The notes: generated from the letters alone by a model not told the origin. A stretch of 64,000 bases of DNA from an uncultured Candidatus Rokubacteria bacterium (GCA_963762145.1 CAVXJS010000021.1:1120001-1184000), one strand, 5' to 3'; shown: positions 29,329 to 41,749, counted from the stretch's first letter. A program made the numbers and translations.

Positions 29329-29871
29329 ATGGCCGCCATGCTCGAACGGGGGGCGACGATCGAGATCAGGCTCAGCAACCTGCACCAGCTGTTCAATTCC
29401 TTCGACCCGTCGCCATTCCATGAGCGCGATCTCGATCAGGATGCCGAAGACTACATCGTGGAGTCCTCCGACGAGTTCCCGCTGCAGAGGCCGTTGACAC
29501 TGGTCATCCATCTGCCCGCGGACCAGGTCCCGCCTGACACGTTCGACCTGCCCCTGGCCATTCACAACTACTTCGCGTATCGGCTCAGCGAGAGCCGCCG
29601 CCGCCTCAGGTTCTTCTTCCGCGATGGTCGGATTGCTCTGCTCATCGGGCTTGCCTTCCTCTTCGGTTGCATCGCCCTGCGTCAGCTCGCCTTCGCCCTG
29701 GGGTCCGGAACGGCGTCGGAGATCGCGGCTGAAGGCTTGCTCATCATCGGATGGGTGGCCATGTGGCGGCCGTTGGAGATCTTTCTCTACGATTGGCGAC
29801 CGCTACACCGCCGGTGCCGGCTGCTGGCCAAGCTATGCGAGATTCCGGTCGTCGTCTCTCCCTCTACCTAG
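29329..29871 (+). CDS. conserved hypothetical 2-TM protein
   Basis: QLFNSFDPSPFHERDLD, IGWVAMWRPLEIFLYDW; GGAGG RBS. Confidence 0.8.
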   Translation: MAAMLERGATIEIRLSNLHQLFNSFDPSPFHERDLDQDAEDYIVESSDEFPLQRPLTLVIHLPADQVPPDTFDLPLAIHNYFAYRLSESRRRLRFFFRDGRIALLIGLAFLFGCIALRQLAFALGSGTASEIAAEGLLIIGWVAMWRPLEIFLYDWRPLHRRCRLLAKLCEIPVVVSPST

Positions 29872-29910
29872 GCGAATCGGGTCGGTGATGCCCCGGCCGG
29901 CGCTCAGCAT
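29870..29910 (-). pseudogene. pcm 5' remnant
   Basis: MLSAGRGITDP vs intact MLTEDRAG..ARGITDP; same upstream spacer as 27833. Confidence 0.6.
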
Positions 29911-29943
29911 CGGAGCATCACCTCCCCCGTCCGCCGGGGCCCG

Positions 29944-30384
29944 CTACTCGCTCTTGATCGGGATCGTCGTGCCCTTCGCCGCCGGCGTCTTGGGCAGCGT
30001 CACCGTCAGCAGGCCGTTCTTGAACGTCGCGGCCACCCGGCTGCCATCCACCGCCACCGGGAGCCGCACCCCGCGGGTGAACACGCCGTAGGACCGCTCG
30101 ACCCGGTGGTACCGCTCGTCCTTTTCTTCATTCTCCGGCCTCTTCTCCCCGGTGATCGTCAGCAGGTTCTCCTGCAGCGAGATCCGGATGTCTTTCTGGT
30201 CCATCCCCGGAACCTCGACCTTCACGAGCAGATTGTCCTTCGTCTCCGAGATGTCCATGCTCGGGCACCAGTCGCCGAGCATCGGAAAATCATCCCACTT
30301 GTTCGCCGCCATCCGGTCGAACAGCCGGTCCATGTCCTGCTTCAGGCTCCCGAATCCCGTCCACGGCATCAACCCACTCGCCAT
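29944..30384 (-). CDS. Hsp20 small heat-shock protein
   Basis: Close paralog of 27865-28305. Confidence 0.95.
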   Translation of the reverse strand: MASGLMPWTGFGSLKQDMDRLFDRMAANKWDDFPMLGDWCPSMDISETKDNLLVKVEVPGMDQKDIRISLQENLLTITGEKRPENEEKDERYHRVERSYGVFTRGVRLPVAVDGSRVAATFKNGLLTVTLPKTPAAKGTTIPIKSE

Positions 30385-30439
30385 GATGTCTCCTCCTATG
30401 TGTAAGAGCGCTTCGTTCGAGCTTCCTGACCGCATGAAG

Positions 30440-30455
30440 TGCAACGCGAGTGCCA
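30440..30455 (-). promoter_or_regulatory. sigma54 promoter
   Basis: TGGCAC-TCGCG-TTGCA; IHF-like ATTCAGCGGGTTG at 30473-30485. Confidence 0.88.
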
Positions 30456-30508
30456 GCCGGGAACGCGCGACGATTCAGCGGGTTGCCGTCGTCGCACATC
30501 GGGGCCGT

Positions 30509-30545
30509 CGAGGCAGGCCTGCCTCGGTGAGGCCGGCCCGCCCCA
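30509..30545. promoter_or_regulatory. tandem candidate UAS
   Basis: CGAGG-CAGGCCTG-CCTCG and TGAGG-N8-CCCCA, 19 bp apart. Confidence 0.68.
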
Positions 30546-30559
30546 ACCCCACGAGGTCG

Positions 30560-30699
30560 CGGGCGTCGTCTCGATGTCTTCGCTCAGCGACTCGAGGTCC
30601 TGCGCGGCGATAGGCCCGGATCCGGAACTGGTTCTCGCCCTTGAGCTCCAGGATGTCGGCCATGAGCTCGAACTGCCGGGCCACCTCGAAGTTCTTTAC
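30560..30699 (-). pseudogene. PolX-family N-terminal remnant
   Basis: KNFEVARQFELMADILELKGENQFRIRAYRRA / QDLESLSEDIE; expected start position reads GTA. Confidence 0.7.
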
Positions 30700-30722
30700 T
30701 CGAGGCCCACCGGTCCCGGCCC

Positions 30723-31172
30723 CTAGATCGCCGCGGTCGCCGGCCGCACGAGCATCACGGACACGGGCGCCTTGCCGAAGACCCGCTCGGCCACGCTACC
30801 CAGCAGCACACGGCCGATCCCGCTCCGTCCCGCGGTACCCACCACGATGAGGTCGGCCCCGAAAGCCTCGGCTTCATCGAGGATCTGCGCGACCGGATCG
30901 CCGAAGCGCACGAGGCTCTCCACCGGCACCCCGGCGAAGTGGACCTCGAGCCCGCGCAGGTAGTCCAGGCCCTGGCTGCTCAAGCTCGCCGTCTCCTGAT
31001 CCGCGTACACCACGACGCGGCCGTGTGCGTCCTGCACCGCCGATGGCTCGGGCGCCACGTGGAGCAGCCGCACGGTCGCGTGGGCACCTCGGGCGGTCTC
31101 GGACGCAATGGTCGCGACCGCATCGGCGCGGGGCGACTGATCGACCGCCAGCAGAATTCTCTTCGTGGTCAT
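30723..31172 (-). CDS. universal stress protein
   Basis: ILLAVDQS, GTAGRSG..LGSVAERVF. Confidence 0.92.
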   Translation of the reverse strand: MTTKRILLAVDQSPRADAVATIASETARGAHATVRLLHVAPEPSAVQDAHGRVVVYADQETASLSSQGLDYLRGLEVHFAGVPVESLVRFGDPVAQILDEAEAFGADLIVVGTAGRSGIGRVLLGSVAERVFGKAPVSVMLVRPATAAI

Positions 31173-31184
31173 CGCTAGTCTCCC

Positions 31185-31403
31185 CTATCCCATCTTGATC
31201 TTGGGCTTGGTCGCGGCCCAGATCGCGCGCGGCCCTTGCGCGGCCTGATGGATCGTCGTGTCCTTGCGGAACGCCGCCCGGGCAGTCTTCTGGCTGCGAC
31301 GGACTCGGGCGGGCATCGCCTGCAGGTCGGGCGGCCGGCCCGCCTTGGGAGAACGAGCCGGCTTCTTCACACTCCTGCGCGTCTTCTCGGCTCTCGCCAT
31401 CAC
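31185..31403 (-). CDS. small basic protein
   Basis: K/R-rich 72 aa; GGAGGA RBS; in operon. Confidence 0.6.
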   Translation of the reverse strand: MMARAEKTRRSVKKPARSPKAGRPPDLQAMPARVRRSQKTARAAFRKDTTIHQAAQGPRAIWAATKPKIKMG

Positions 31404-31409
31404 GTCCTC

Positions 31410-31619
31410 CTAGCGCCCCGCGGGCTGCTCGTAGTCCTCGTCCTGTGTCGGGTCGCGAAGCGGCGGCACGGGCGCGCGCGTCGCGCTGGCGCCACGCCAG
31501 CCGAAGGGGTGGGGCGGGGCGACCGGAGGAGCGGAACGCTCCGGACGCCGTGCTCCGCCCTTCGTGGGCTTCGTTGGCCTCCGGCGTGACTTCGCGCTAC
31601 CCCGGTTCTTTCTCGCCAT
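31410..31619 (-). CDS. small basic Pro-rich protein
   Basis: MARKNRGSAKSRRRPTKPTKGG..DEDYEQPAGR; starts 2 nt after the CBS stop. Confidence 0.5.
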   Translation of the reverse strand: MARKNRGSAKSRRRPTKPTKGGARRPERSAPPVAPPHPFGWRGASATRAPVPPLRDPTQDEDYEQPAGR

Positions 31620-31621
31620 GG

Positions 31622-32089
31622 CTACCACATGTAGCCTTCGCTGTACTCCGCGATCTTTCCCTCGAGCAGCAGGGCCTTCAGCACATCCCGCTCGGTGAGG
31701 ATCCCGACGAGGCGGCCCTGTTCGAGGACCGGCAGGCTCCCGACCCGGCTCTCGAACATGATGAACGCGGCGTACGTCAGGGGCGCCTCCGGACCCGTCG
31801 TGACCACGGCCCAGGTCATCACGTCCTTCACCCGCAGGTTCTCCAGCGTCTCGCTGAGCTGCCGGCCTCGCCGGAGAGCCCCGGCCGACAGGTACTCGTC
31901 CAGCGCCGGGGCGAGCGCCGCGTGCCGGAGGTCGCGATCGGTCACGATGCCGATGAGCATCTCGGTATCGTCCAGGACCGGCAGGTGCCGGATGTGCCTG
32001 GTGCGCATGACCTCCAGTGCCGTGCCCACCGGGGCCGCCGCATCGATCGTGATCGGATGCTTGGTCATGACGTCCTTGACCTTCATCAC
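31622..32089 (-). CDS. CBS-pair protein
   Basis: IRHLPVL..GIVTDRDLRH..GSLPVL..GILTERDVL. Confidence 0.92.
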   Translation of the reverse strand: MMKVKDVMTKHPITIDAAAPVGTALEVMRTRHIRHLPVLDDTEMLIGIVTDRDLRHAALAPALDEYLSAGALRRGRQLSETLENLRVKDVMTWAVVTTGPEAPLTYAAFIMFESRVGSLPVLEQGRLVGILTERDVLKALLLEGKIAEYSEGYMW

Positions 32090-32133
32090 TCCTCCTTGGG
32101 TCTGCGATGGTCTGCTCGCCGAACGAATGGAAT

Positions 32134-32149
32134 TGCAACTGGCCTGCCA
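32134..32149 (-). promoter_or_regulatory. sigma54 promoter
   Basis: TGGCAG-GCCAG-TTGCA. Confidence 0.82.
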
Positions 32150-32231
32150 GACGCCGGCCGCCGCGACGGCTTGGCAAACGAGACCTTAGCGCCCGGCCCG
32201 GATGAGGCACCCGGACCCGTGGGCCGGGCCC

Positions 32232-32269
32232 CGGGGCACGGATGTCCCAACTGGGGCACGGTGTCCCTC
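32232..32269. promoter_or_regulatory. tandem candidate UAS
   Basis: CGGGG-CACGGATG-TCCCA and TGGGG-CACGGTGT-CCCTC, 20 bp apart. Confidence 0.62.
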
Positions 32270-32622
32270 GCGATGCCGACGACGCGCGGCCCGCTGGACG
32301 TCGTCTCCGTTGGTCGTTACGGGGACTCGAGCACGGGGCTCGTAGCTTGCTCCCGCAACGTGAGCTGCAACGTGCCGGGGGGCGCTGCTCGGGGCGGCGG
32401 TACTGCTGGCGCGCTGCGTACGGGGCGAATCGCCTGGGACAAGTTCGGCGTCACACCAGCGGAGAGAGAACCGGGGGGAGCCATAGCCATTGACCGAGTA
32501 CTGCGGTCCTTGATGATCCCGCGCTCAAGGAGGCGGCCAGAGCGGCGGATCGCCAGTGGGCCGTCAGATAGATCGCGGACGAGATCTTCGTGGGCCTCCG
32601 CGGGTGCGGAGGGTGCCCCGGG

Positions 32623-33171
32623 TCACCAGGAGCGGACGCGGCCGACGTCGACGTGGATGAAGTTCGAGTTCGGGTAGAAACCGACCCCGCCGGCCCCGAG
32701 CGACCTCGCGGCATCGCGCACTGCCACGAGCGGCCGGCCCGGTACCCGGATATCCACCGCCATGCCCGAGACGTGGAGGCTCGTCGAGGCGACCCCGCGG
32801 GTGGAAGCGGCGAGCCGGGCATTCGTCTCTGGCGAGCGATAGCCCGAGATGACCTCGAAAGCTTCGCGCGTCTCCAGGCGATCGCGAAGCGTGCCGAGCA
32901 CGTCGAGCAGCCGGCGGTCGATCGGGTGTACCGTGTCGCTGCGGTGATCGCGAAGCAGCCGGTCGATCTCGGCCAGCCCGTCGCGCACGTACCGGCCGGC
33001 CGCCCAGTACGTCGCGCGCACGAACTCGCCGGTGTGCAGGCTCCGCAGAGCCAGCACGCGCGCGTCGGCCGCGGCGGCGCGGCGGGCCGGAACCAGCAAG
33101 CCCGCGACGCTCACCAGGCCTAACCGCAAGGCGCGCCGCCGCGCCGCGCCGTGTTCATCCATTCCGGTCAT
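32623..33171 (-). CDS. YcbK/DUF882 (MepK-like) M15 peptidase with Tat-like leader
   Basis: RRRAL, LLRDHR, ISGYRSPETN, SLHVSGMAVDI, FIHVDVG. Confidence 0.92.
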   Translation of the reverse strand: MTGMDEHGAARRRALRLGLVSVAGLLVPARRAAAADARVLALRSLHTGEFVRATYWAAGRYVRDGLAEIDRLLRDHRSDTVHPIDRRLLDVLGTLRDRLETREAFEVISGYRSPETNARLAASTRGVASTSLHVSGMAVDIRVPGRPLVAVRDAARSLGAGGVGFYPNSNFIHVDVGRVRSW

Positions 33172-34876
33172 CCTGATACCTCTTCTCGGGACGTCGGACA
33201 GCCGCCCATCGCGCGGGCCAGATCCCGACCCGGAGCGCTCCGCTCCGCGGCCAGCGCCGCGGCGAGGCGCGCATCGCGCCCATAGACGTCGTCCCGGAAC
33301 TGCGCGAGACCGTCCGCCCCCACGAACGCCGTCCAGTAGAGTATGTACACAGGCAACGGCCTGGCAACCGGGATCCGGGGCGAGCCGCCGCCCGCGATGG
33401 CCTCCGCCAGGCGGTCCGGGGTCCACCGCCCGGTCCCGTCGTCCAGGAGGAGGACGGCGAGCTCGGCGGCCCGCTCCACCCGGATGCAGCCGTGGCTGGC
33501 CGTCCGCACCGAGCGCGCGAACAACCCCCGCGCCGGGGTGTCGTGCAGGTATACGTCGAAGCGATTGGGCACGTCGAACTTGATCCGGCCGAGGGGGTTG
33601 TCCGGTCCAGGCTGCTGCTGCAGCCGGAACGGAAACGCCTCGGCCGAGACCATGGACCAGTCGACCGCGAGACCGAACGGATCGCTCTCGCGCCGATCCA
33701 CGATGACGATGTCGTTCTCGGCCAGGTAGCGACGGTTCTCGCGGAGCCGGGGCAGGATCTCCCGTGCCGCGATCGAGGTCGGCAGGTTCCACTTCGGATT
33801 CAGCACGACCGCGTCGAGACGGGCCTGCACCACCGGCGTCCGATGCTGGAGGTCGCCCACGACGACGCGCGAGGCCAGCACGGTCCGGTCGTCCTCGACG
33901 ACCCGCAGCGTGGCATCGGCCGCATTCACGGTGACGTAACGCGGGCCGAGATCGCGCGGAAGCCAGCGCCAACGCTCCAGGTTCAGCGTGATCTGCCGGA
34001 TCCGATCGGAGACCGGAACGTTCATCGCGCGGACGGTCGCCTCGCCCACGATCCCGTCGGCGGCGAGCCCGTGACGCTCCTGAAACCGTCGCACGGCCTG
34101 CTCGAGCCGCTCATCGAAGTGGGTGGCGGCTCGCAACCCGATCTCGTCCTCGACCGCGAGTCGAGCCCGGACGGCGGCGACGCGGAGGTCGTCGTCTCCC
34201 GGCCTGAGCAGCGCCCCCGGAGGGACGCGCGGCCAGTCACTCCGGGCCGCCACCTCTCGATACCGCCGCAGCACCGCGACGAGGCGTCCGTAGTCCTTCG
34301 CCGGCGGGGGAAGAGACGCCAGCAGCGCGCGAAACATCACCGGCTCGCGGACGCCCCGGGCTAGAGCCGCCACCGCGTCGAACGGTGCCGCGGGAATCCC
34401 CCAGTCCGGATCGCGGCGCGCGGGCGGCACCCGGCCGACCCGGACATCGCGCGCGTAGCCCAGGAACGCGGCGGTCAGCAGCAGGTCGAGCTCATCGGTA
34501 TGCTCGCCGTTCGCGCTCGCCTGGCGGCCTCGGATCGCCTCGAGATGGTAGCGCGTGGGGTCGAGTCCGTGCGGCTCGGCGGTGACCAGTGCCCGGAGGA
34601 GCGCCGCCGCACGATCGGGCCCGCCGTCGCGCGCGTCCCACGCTGGGGCGAAATCCCGTGGCTGGTAGAATCGCGCGAGCACTCGCGGATCGAGCGACTG
34701 CCCGTCGATGCGCAGCCCGCCCGGCCGATCCAGGAGCTCGCGGATGCGCTGGCTCGTGGAGGCGGGGGCCGCCTCCACCACCGGGCCCCCGATCGAGACG
34801 GCACAGAGCACGGCGCTCGCGATCGCCGCCACGCGGCGGCGGAGTCGCCAGCCGGGCATCCACTCCGTGGCGGGTC

Positions 34877-34880
<4 letters not shown>
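33168..34880 (-). CDS. L,D-transpeptidase (YcbB/LdtD-like)
   Basis: [34 protein letters not shown]. Confidence 0.93.
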
Positions 34881-37272
<2,392 letters not shown>

Positions 37273-37273
<1 letters not shown>

Positions 37274-37686
37274 CAGCCGCCTCCGGTGCGCTTCGGCAGG
37301 GTGATACGGAGCAGGCCACGCTCGTAGCGCGCCTCGACTCGCTCCGCGTCGACCGCCGACGGCAGCACCACCTCGACGTGGAACGGGCCCTGGCGGATCC
37401 CGGCTGCGTGGTAGACGGCGCCTGCGGCGCACGAGGGAAGCCGCCGGTCTCCTTCGATGACCAGCGCGTCTTCGAAGAGCTGGACCTCGAAATCGTCCTC
37501 ATCCAGCCCGGCAAGCTCCACCAGGACCTCGATCGTGTCCGCCGTCTCGTACGTATCCGCGTCGGGCCACCAGCCGACCCGCGGAAGCGGGCGCGGTCGA
37601 TCGCTCGGCCAGACGTCCCCGAGTGGCCACACCGGTGCGGAGCGCACCAGCATCGTGTAGCGGTAGCTCAGGCGTCGGTATCTCAT
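37273..37686 (-). CDS. Hsp20-like protein coupled to lon
   Basis: PDADTYET, VELAGL, ARYERGLLRITLPK. Confidence 0.88.
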
Positions 37687-39044
37687 CGCGTCTCGCGGGC
37701 TCCCGACTCATTCTGCCAGTCCGCCGTCCCTCGCGCCAGGAACGCATCCACGAGTGATCCCAGCGTGGGCTCCCCGGCGTCCTCGAACTCGTAGCGCGCG
37801 CGCACCACCGGCTTCTCGAGCGCGACCAGGGCGGCCAGATCGAGCGGGGTCGCCGCCACCACCACGTCCGCGGCGGCTCGATTGATCGTCTCGCGGAGCG
37901 CCTGGAGCTGACCCGCGTCGTAGCCGACCGCGGGGAGCACCGGCCCGATGTGCGGGTAGCGGGCGAAGATGTCCCGGACGCCGGGCGCGGCGGAGGCGCG
38001 TGGATCCACGATGGCCGCCGCGCCGCCCGCGGTGGCCGCGACGTAGCCCGCCCCGTACGCCATGCCGCCGTGCGTGAGGGTCGGGCCGTCCTCCACCACG
38101 AGGACGCGGCGCCCCCGCACCGCGGTGGGGTCGTCGAGCCGGACCGGAGAGGCCGCGCGCCCGATCGTGGCCCGCGGATTGATCGCGCGCACCTCGGCGA
38201 GGACCGCCTGCACGTTGCCGGCGGGAGCCGCGTCGACCTTGTTGACCACCACGACGTCCGCCATGCGCAGCACCGCTTCCCCCGGGTGGTAGCCGTCGGC
38301 CTGCCCGGGTCGGAGCGCGTCGGCCATGACGACGTGCAGATCCGGCCGCAGGAGCGGGAAATCGTTGTTGCCGCCGTCCCAGACGATCAGGTCCGCCTCG
38401 CGCTCGGCCTGCTCCATGATCGCCGCGTAGTCCACTCCCGCGAACACGACGTGGCCGGCGGCCAGGTGCGGCTCGTACTCTTCGCGCTCCTCGGCGGTGC
38501 ATCCCGCCGCGTCGAGATCCTCGCGCCGCGCGAACCGCTGCACGCGCTGCCGCTCGAGATCGCCATACGGCATCGGGTGCCGCAGCACCGCGACCCGCCG
38601 CCCGCGTTCGCGAAGCCGCCGGCCGAGCCAGCGCGCGGTCTGGGACTTGCCGCACCCGGTCCGGATGGCCGAGATCGCGATCACCGGCACGCGCGCCCGG
38701 AGCATCGTGCTGCGCGGGCCGAGCAGGGTGAAGTCCGCGCCGGCGGCGAGGGCCCGCGAGGCCAGGTGCATCACGGCCGCGTGCGGGACGTCGCTGTACG
38801 CGAACACGACACGATCCACCCCCTCGCGCCGGCAGATCGCTTCCAGGTCGGCCTCGTCCTCGATCGGAATCCCCGCCGGATAGCGCGGCCCGGCGAGCGA
38901 CGCGGGATAGCGGCGGTCACTGAGGCGCGGGATCTGGGCCTGGGTGAACGCCACCACGTGGACGCCCGGATCGGCGCGGTAGACCACGTTGAAGTTGTGG
39001 AAGTCGCGGCCGGCCGCACCCAGGATCAGGATCCGCGTGGGCAT
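37683..39044 (-). CDS. cyclic 2,3-diphosphoglycerate synthetase-like P-loop protein
   Basis: GAAGRDFHNFN, RTGCGKSQT, EEREEYEPH, WDGGNND, VEDGPTLTHG. Confidence 0.85.
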   Translation of the reverse strand: MPTRILILGAAGRDFHNFNVVYRADPGVHVVAFTQAQIPRLSDRRYPASLAGPRYPAGIPIEDEADLEAICRREGVDRVVFAYSDVPHAAVMHLASRALAAGADFTLLGPRSTMLRARVPVIAISAIRTGCGKSQTARWLGRRLRERGRRVAVLRHPMPYGDLERQRVQRFARREDLDAAGCTAEEREEYEPHLAAGHVVFAGVDYAAIMEQAEREADLIVWDGGNNDFPLLRPDLHVVMADALRPGQADGYHPGEAVLRMADVVVVNKVDAAPAGNVQAVLAEVRAINPRATIGRAASPVRLDDPTAVRGRRVLVVEDGPTLTHGGMAYGAGYVAATAGGAAAIVDPRASAAPGVRDIFARYPHIGPVLPAVGYDAGQLQALRETINRAAADVVVAATPLDLAALVALEKPVVRARYEFEDAGEPTLGSLVDAFLARGTADWQNESGARETR

Positions 39045-39046
39045 GC

Positions 39047-39487
39047 TCACCAGAGGAAGAACTCGGCCTCGCTCTCGACGCCGGATCCCTTCGTGAGTCC
39101 GGTGAACACGTCGTGCTCGGTCAGGATGCCCACCAGCCGGCCGTCCGCGACGACCGGAAGGCTGCCGATCCGGCGCTGGAACATCGTCAGGGCCGCCTGG
39201 ACCAGCGGGGTGTCGGCCTGCGTCGTCACGACCGACCAGGTCATCACGTCACGGACTCTCGGCGCCTTGACCCGGTGGGGCGCCAGGCCCGCCTGCCCCG
39301 CCAGGCAGGGCAGGAACGCCGCGTGCCGCAGGTCTCGATCCGTGACGATCCCGAGCACATGGGCGTCCGCGTCGACGACCGGGAGGTGGCGGATGCCCTT
39401 GCTCCGCATCAGGTCCGCCGCCACCCGCACCGGGCTGTCGAGATCGACCACCAGCGGGTCCTTCGTCATCACGTCGCCGACGTTCAT
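39047..39487 (-). CDS. CBS-pair protein
   Basis: IRHLPVV..GIVTDRDLRH..GILTEHDV. Confidence 0.92.
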   Translation of the reverse strand: MNVGDVMTKDPLVVDLDSPVRVAADLMRSKGIRHLPVVDADAHVLGIVTDRDLRHAAFLPCLAGQAGLAPHRVKAPRVRDVMTWSVVTTQADTPLVQAALTMFQRRIGSLPVVADGRLVGILTEHDVFTGLTKGSGVESEAEFFLW

Positions 39488-39792
39488 GCGTGAACCTGCT
39501 CGGGCGCCGCTTGCGGGTTCAGGATCGCCCGCAGCTCCTTCCCCATCCTGAAGAACGGCACCTTCCGGAGCGGCACCTCGACCGGGGCGCCGGTCTTCGG
39601 GTTCCGGCCGGCGTGCGCGCCTCGCTGCCTCACCTCGAACGTGCCCAGACCGCGTAACTCCACGCGCTCGCCTCTCACCAGCGCGTCCGTGATCCGCTCG
39701 AATACCGCCGTCACGACCGCTTCGCTCATCCCGCGCGTGAGACCGGCGGCGCGGGCCACTTCGAGAACCAGGTCGCTCTTGTTCATGGCCAT
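39484..39792 (-). CDS. integration host factor beta / HU-family protein
   Basis: MNKSDL, ERVELRGLGTF, GRNPKTG, VPFFRMGKELR. Confidence 0.92.
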   Translation of the reverse strand: MAMNKSDLVLEVARAAGLTRGMSEAVVTAVFERITDALVRGERVELRGLGTFEVRQRGAHAGRNPKTGAPVEVPLRKVPFFRMGKELRAILNPQAAPEQVHA

Positions 39793-39811
39793 TGCTCCCG
39801 TGGAAGGACTT

Positions 39812-39827
39812 TGCAACTCCGCTGCCA
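39812..39827 (-). promoter_or_regulatory. sigma54 promoter
   Basis: TGGCAG-CGGAG-TTGCA. Confidence 0.82.
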
Positions 39828-39889
39828 CGAGCCCCCGACTCGGAACACCACGATCCCGATGGGTTGCGCCACAGGAGCACCCCGTTCGA

Positions 39890-39907
39890 TGGGGCGGCAC
39901 CACCCCA
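39890..39907. promoter_or_regulatory. candidate UAS palindrome
   Basis: TGGGG-CGGCACCA-CCCCA. Confidence 0.7.
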
Positions 39908-39949
39908 GCGAGGCGCGGCGTCCCCGCCGGTCGGGCGGCCGGTGCCGCG

Positions 39950-40945
39950 TTACCGGAGACGGGTCAGCTCGTCCCGGGACGACCATCGGAAGGCCACCCG
40001 TCGCCCTCCTCGATACGCGGTGACACCCTGGCCCGACGTCACCGCGCCGATGACCGCGGCGGGGATCCGCCGGCGCCTGAAGGCGCCGAGCAGCGCCGGG
40101 GCGCGGCGCCCGTTGATCGTCAGGAGCAATGCGCCGGATGCGATCAATCCCAGCGGGCGAAGGCCGAAGTGAACGCACAGGCGAGTGGTGTGGGGATGCA
40201 CCGCGATCCGGTCGAGATCGACGATCAATCGGCGGCCCGACGCGGTGGCGAGCTCGAAGAGGGCCGCGGCCACGCCGCCCTCGGTGGGATCGTGCATCGC
40301 GCTCGCGCCGCCTCGCGCCGCCAGCAGCGCCTCGCCGACCACGGAGATTCCGGGGCGATGGTTGAAGCGCGCGGCCTCGCGCCGGGCGCGGTCACCCAGG
40401 ACCTTGCGAGCCGCGCCGGCGAATCGCCGCGCGAGAATCGAGGTGCCTTCGATGCCGGCCGCCTTGGTCATGATGACCAGGTCTCCGGCTCGGGCGCCGG
40501 CCGCGGTCACCAGACCGCCTCGGTGGACGAGTCCCTGCATGTCGCCGGCCACGATCGGCTGCTTGACCGCCGCGGAGATCTCGGTGTGGCCGCCGGTGAC
40601 TGCGATACCGAGCCCGCGAGCGGCGCGGTCGACATCCCGGAAGATCCGCGTCACCACCGCGGCGGCGGTACGAGGTGGGACGATGATCGTGGACTGGAAC
40701 CACGCCGGCCGAGCACCCATGACCGCCACGTCGTTGGCGTTGACGTGCACCGCGTACCAGCCAACCTCCTCGGTGGTGAACGTGACGGGATCGCTCTTCA
40801 GGATCAGGTATCGCGGCCCGAGGTCGACGACCGCGGCGTCCAGCCCGAAGGCCGGACCCACGACCACCCGCCGGTCGCGAGCGCCCCGGAACCGCAGCAG
40901 TCGCCGCAGGAGAGCGGGCGGTAGCTTGCCGGGAAGCAGCGTCAT
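39950..40945 (-). CDS. AIR-synthase/HypE-like family protein
   Basis: GKLPP, SDPVTF, VNANDVAVMG, TGGHTEI, MHDPTEGG, LIASGALL. Confidence 0.88.
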   Translation of the reverse strand: MTLLPGKLPPALLRRLLRFRGARDRRVVVGPAFGLDAAVVDLGPRYLILKSDPVTFTTEEVGWYAVHVNANDVAVMGARPAWFQSTIIVPPRTAAAVVTRIFRDVDRAARGLGIAVTGGHTEISAAVKQPIVAGDMQGLVHRGGLVTAAGARAGDLVIMTKAAGIEGTSILARRFAGAARKVLGDRARREAARFNHRPGISVVGEALLAARGGASAMHDPTEGGVAAALFELATASGRRLIVDLDRIAVHPHTTRLCVHFGLRPLGLIASGALLLTINGRRAPALLGAFRRRRIPAAVIGAVTSGQGVTAYRGGRRVAFRWSSRDELTRLR

Positions 40946-41109
40946 GATCCAGGCGGCGGTGGAGGCGGTACTGGCGCCTGGGGCGGCATGTTCACACTCG
41001 GGTAGTACACACGGGCGCTCACGCAGACGTACCAGTAGGCCGGAGGCGCCGGGGGCGGTGCGTGCAGCAGCCCGGCGATCAGAAAGCCCAGCCGCGCCGG
41101 TCTCTTCAC
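40942..41109 (-). pseudogene. short Pro-rich ORF, probably an internally deleted YWYxC..YYP protein
   Basis: VKRPARLGFLIAGLL-HAPPPAPPAYWYVCVSARVYYP. Confidence 0.4.
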
Positions 41110-41111
41110 GC

Positions 41112-41513
41112 TCAGCCCTCGGGGGGCTCCCAGACGTAGATCCGCACCGCCGTCGGCCGCGTACCACCGGCCGTCACGAGCACCGTGACCCAGTCTCCCG
41201 GCTTCACGTGCCACCCGGGGAGCACGCTCTCGACGAAATCTCCGACCCAGCCGCTCGGCGCCGGCCCACTTGCGCGCCTGACGCTCACGAACTCGGTCGA
41301 GGGCGTGACCGCGATGGTGCGGCGATCGACCTGGGTCACCCCGTCCTCGATCCGCCAGGGGCCCACGTCTCCGACTACGACCACGCCCGCGGAGCGATCC
41401 ACCGAGAGGACCGTGCCCGAGTACTTCCTCTCCTGGCCGTCGCTCCGGGTCGGAAGGACCCAAGCTACGACCGCCACGGCGACGAGAATCGCGACTCGTC
41501 TCAGAGTGTTCAC
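41112..41513 (-). CDS. secreted hypothetical protein (beta-rich)
   Basis: GGAGGAG RBS, signal peptide, YSGTVLSVD..VKPGDWVTV. Confidence 0.75.
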   Translation of the reverse strand: MNTLRRVAILVAVAVVAWVLPTRSDGQERKYSGTVLSVDRSAGVVVVGDVGPWRIEDGVTQVDRRTIAVTPSTEFVSVRRASGPAPSGWVGDFVESVLPGWHVKPGDWVTVLVTAGGTRPTAVRIYVWEPPEG

Positions 41514-41539
41514 GCTCGCTCCTCCGGCTCGGATCACGG

Positions 41540-41555
41540 AGCAAGCGGTGTGCCA
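41540..41555 (-). promoter_or_regulatory. sigma54 promoter
   Basis: TGGCAC-ACCGC-TTGCT. Confidence 0.88.
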
Positions 41556-41626
41556 CGGGTTGGCCCCTGGGAAACGCGTGAATCCGTGCACGGCCTGCTT
41601 CATCCGATGCGCGTGATCCAGCCCCG

Positions 41627-41644
41627 TGGGGCGCCCAGGTCCCA
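41627..41644. promoter_or_regulatory. candidate UAS between divergent promoters
   Basis: TGGGG-CGCCCAGG-TCCCA. Confidence 0.65.
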
Positions 41645-41749
41645 CCGGCACGTCCACGATCGCCCCACTCCCGGCCGGGCGAGGTCGCAAGACCCTTTGT
41701 CGGACCCGTCGGGCGGCCGCGGGAACGCGCCTCGCGCCGGCCATCGACC

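Noticed and set aside
32270-32620. Unassigned 350 bp with a short gcaacgtg direct repeat, considered as ncRNA or extra promoter
   Set aside because: GG-N10-GC spacing is wrong, and no recognisable RNA family or protein motif; probably decayed sequence.
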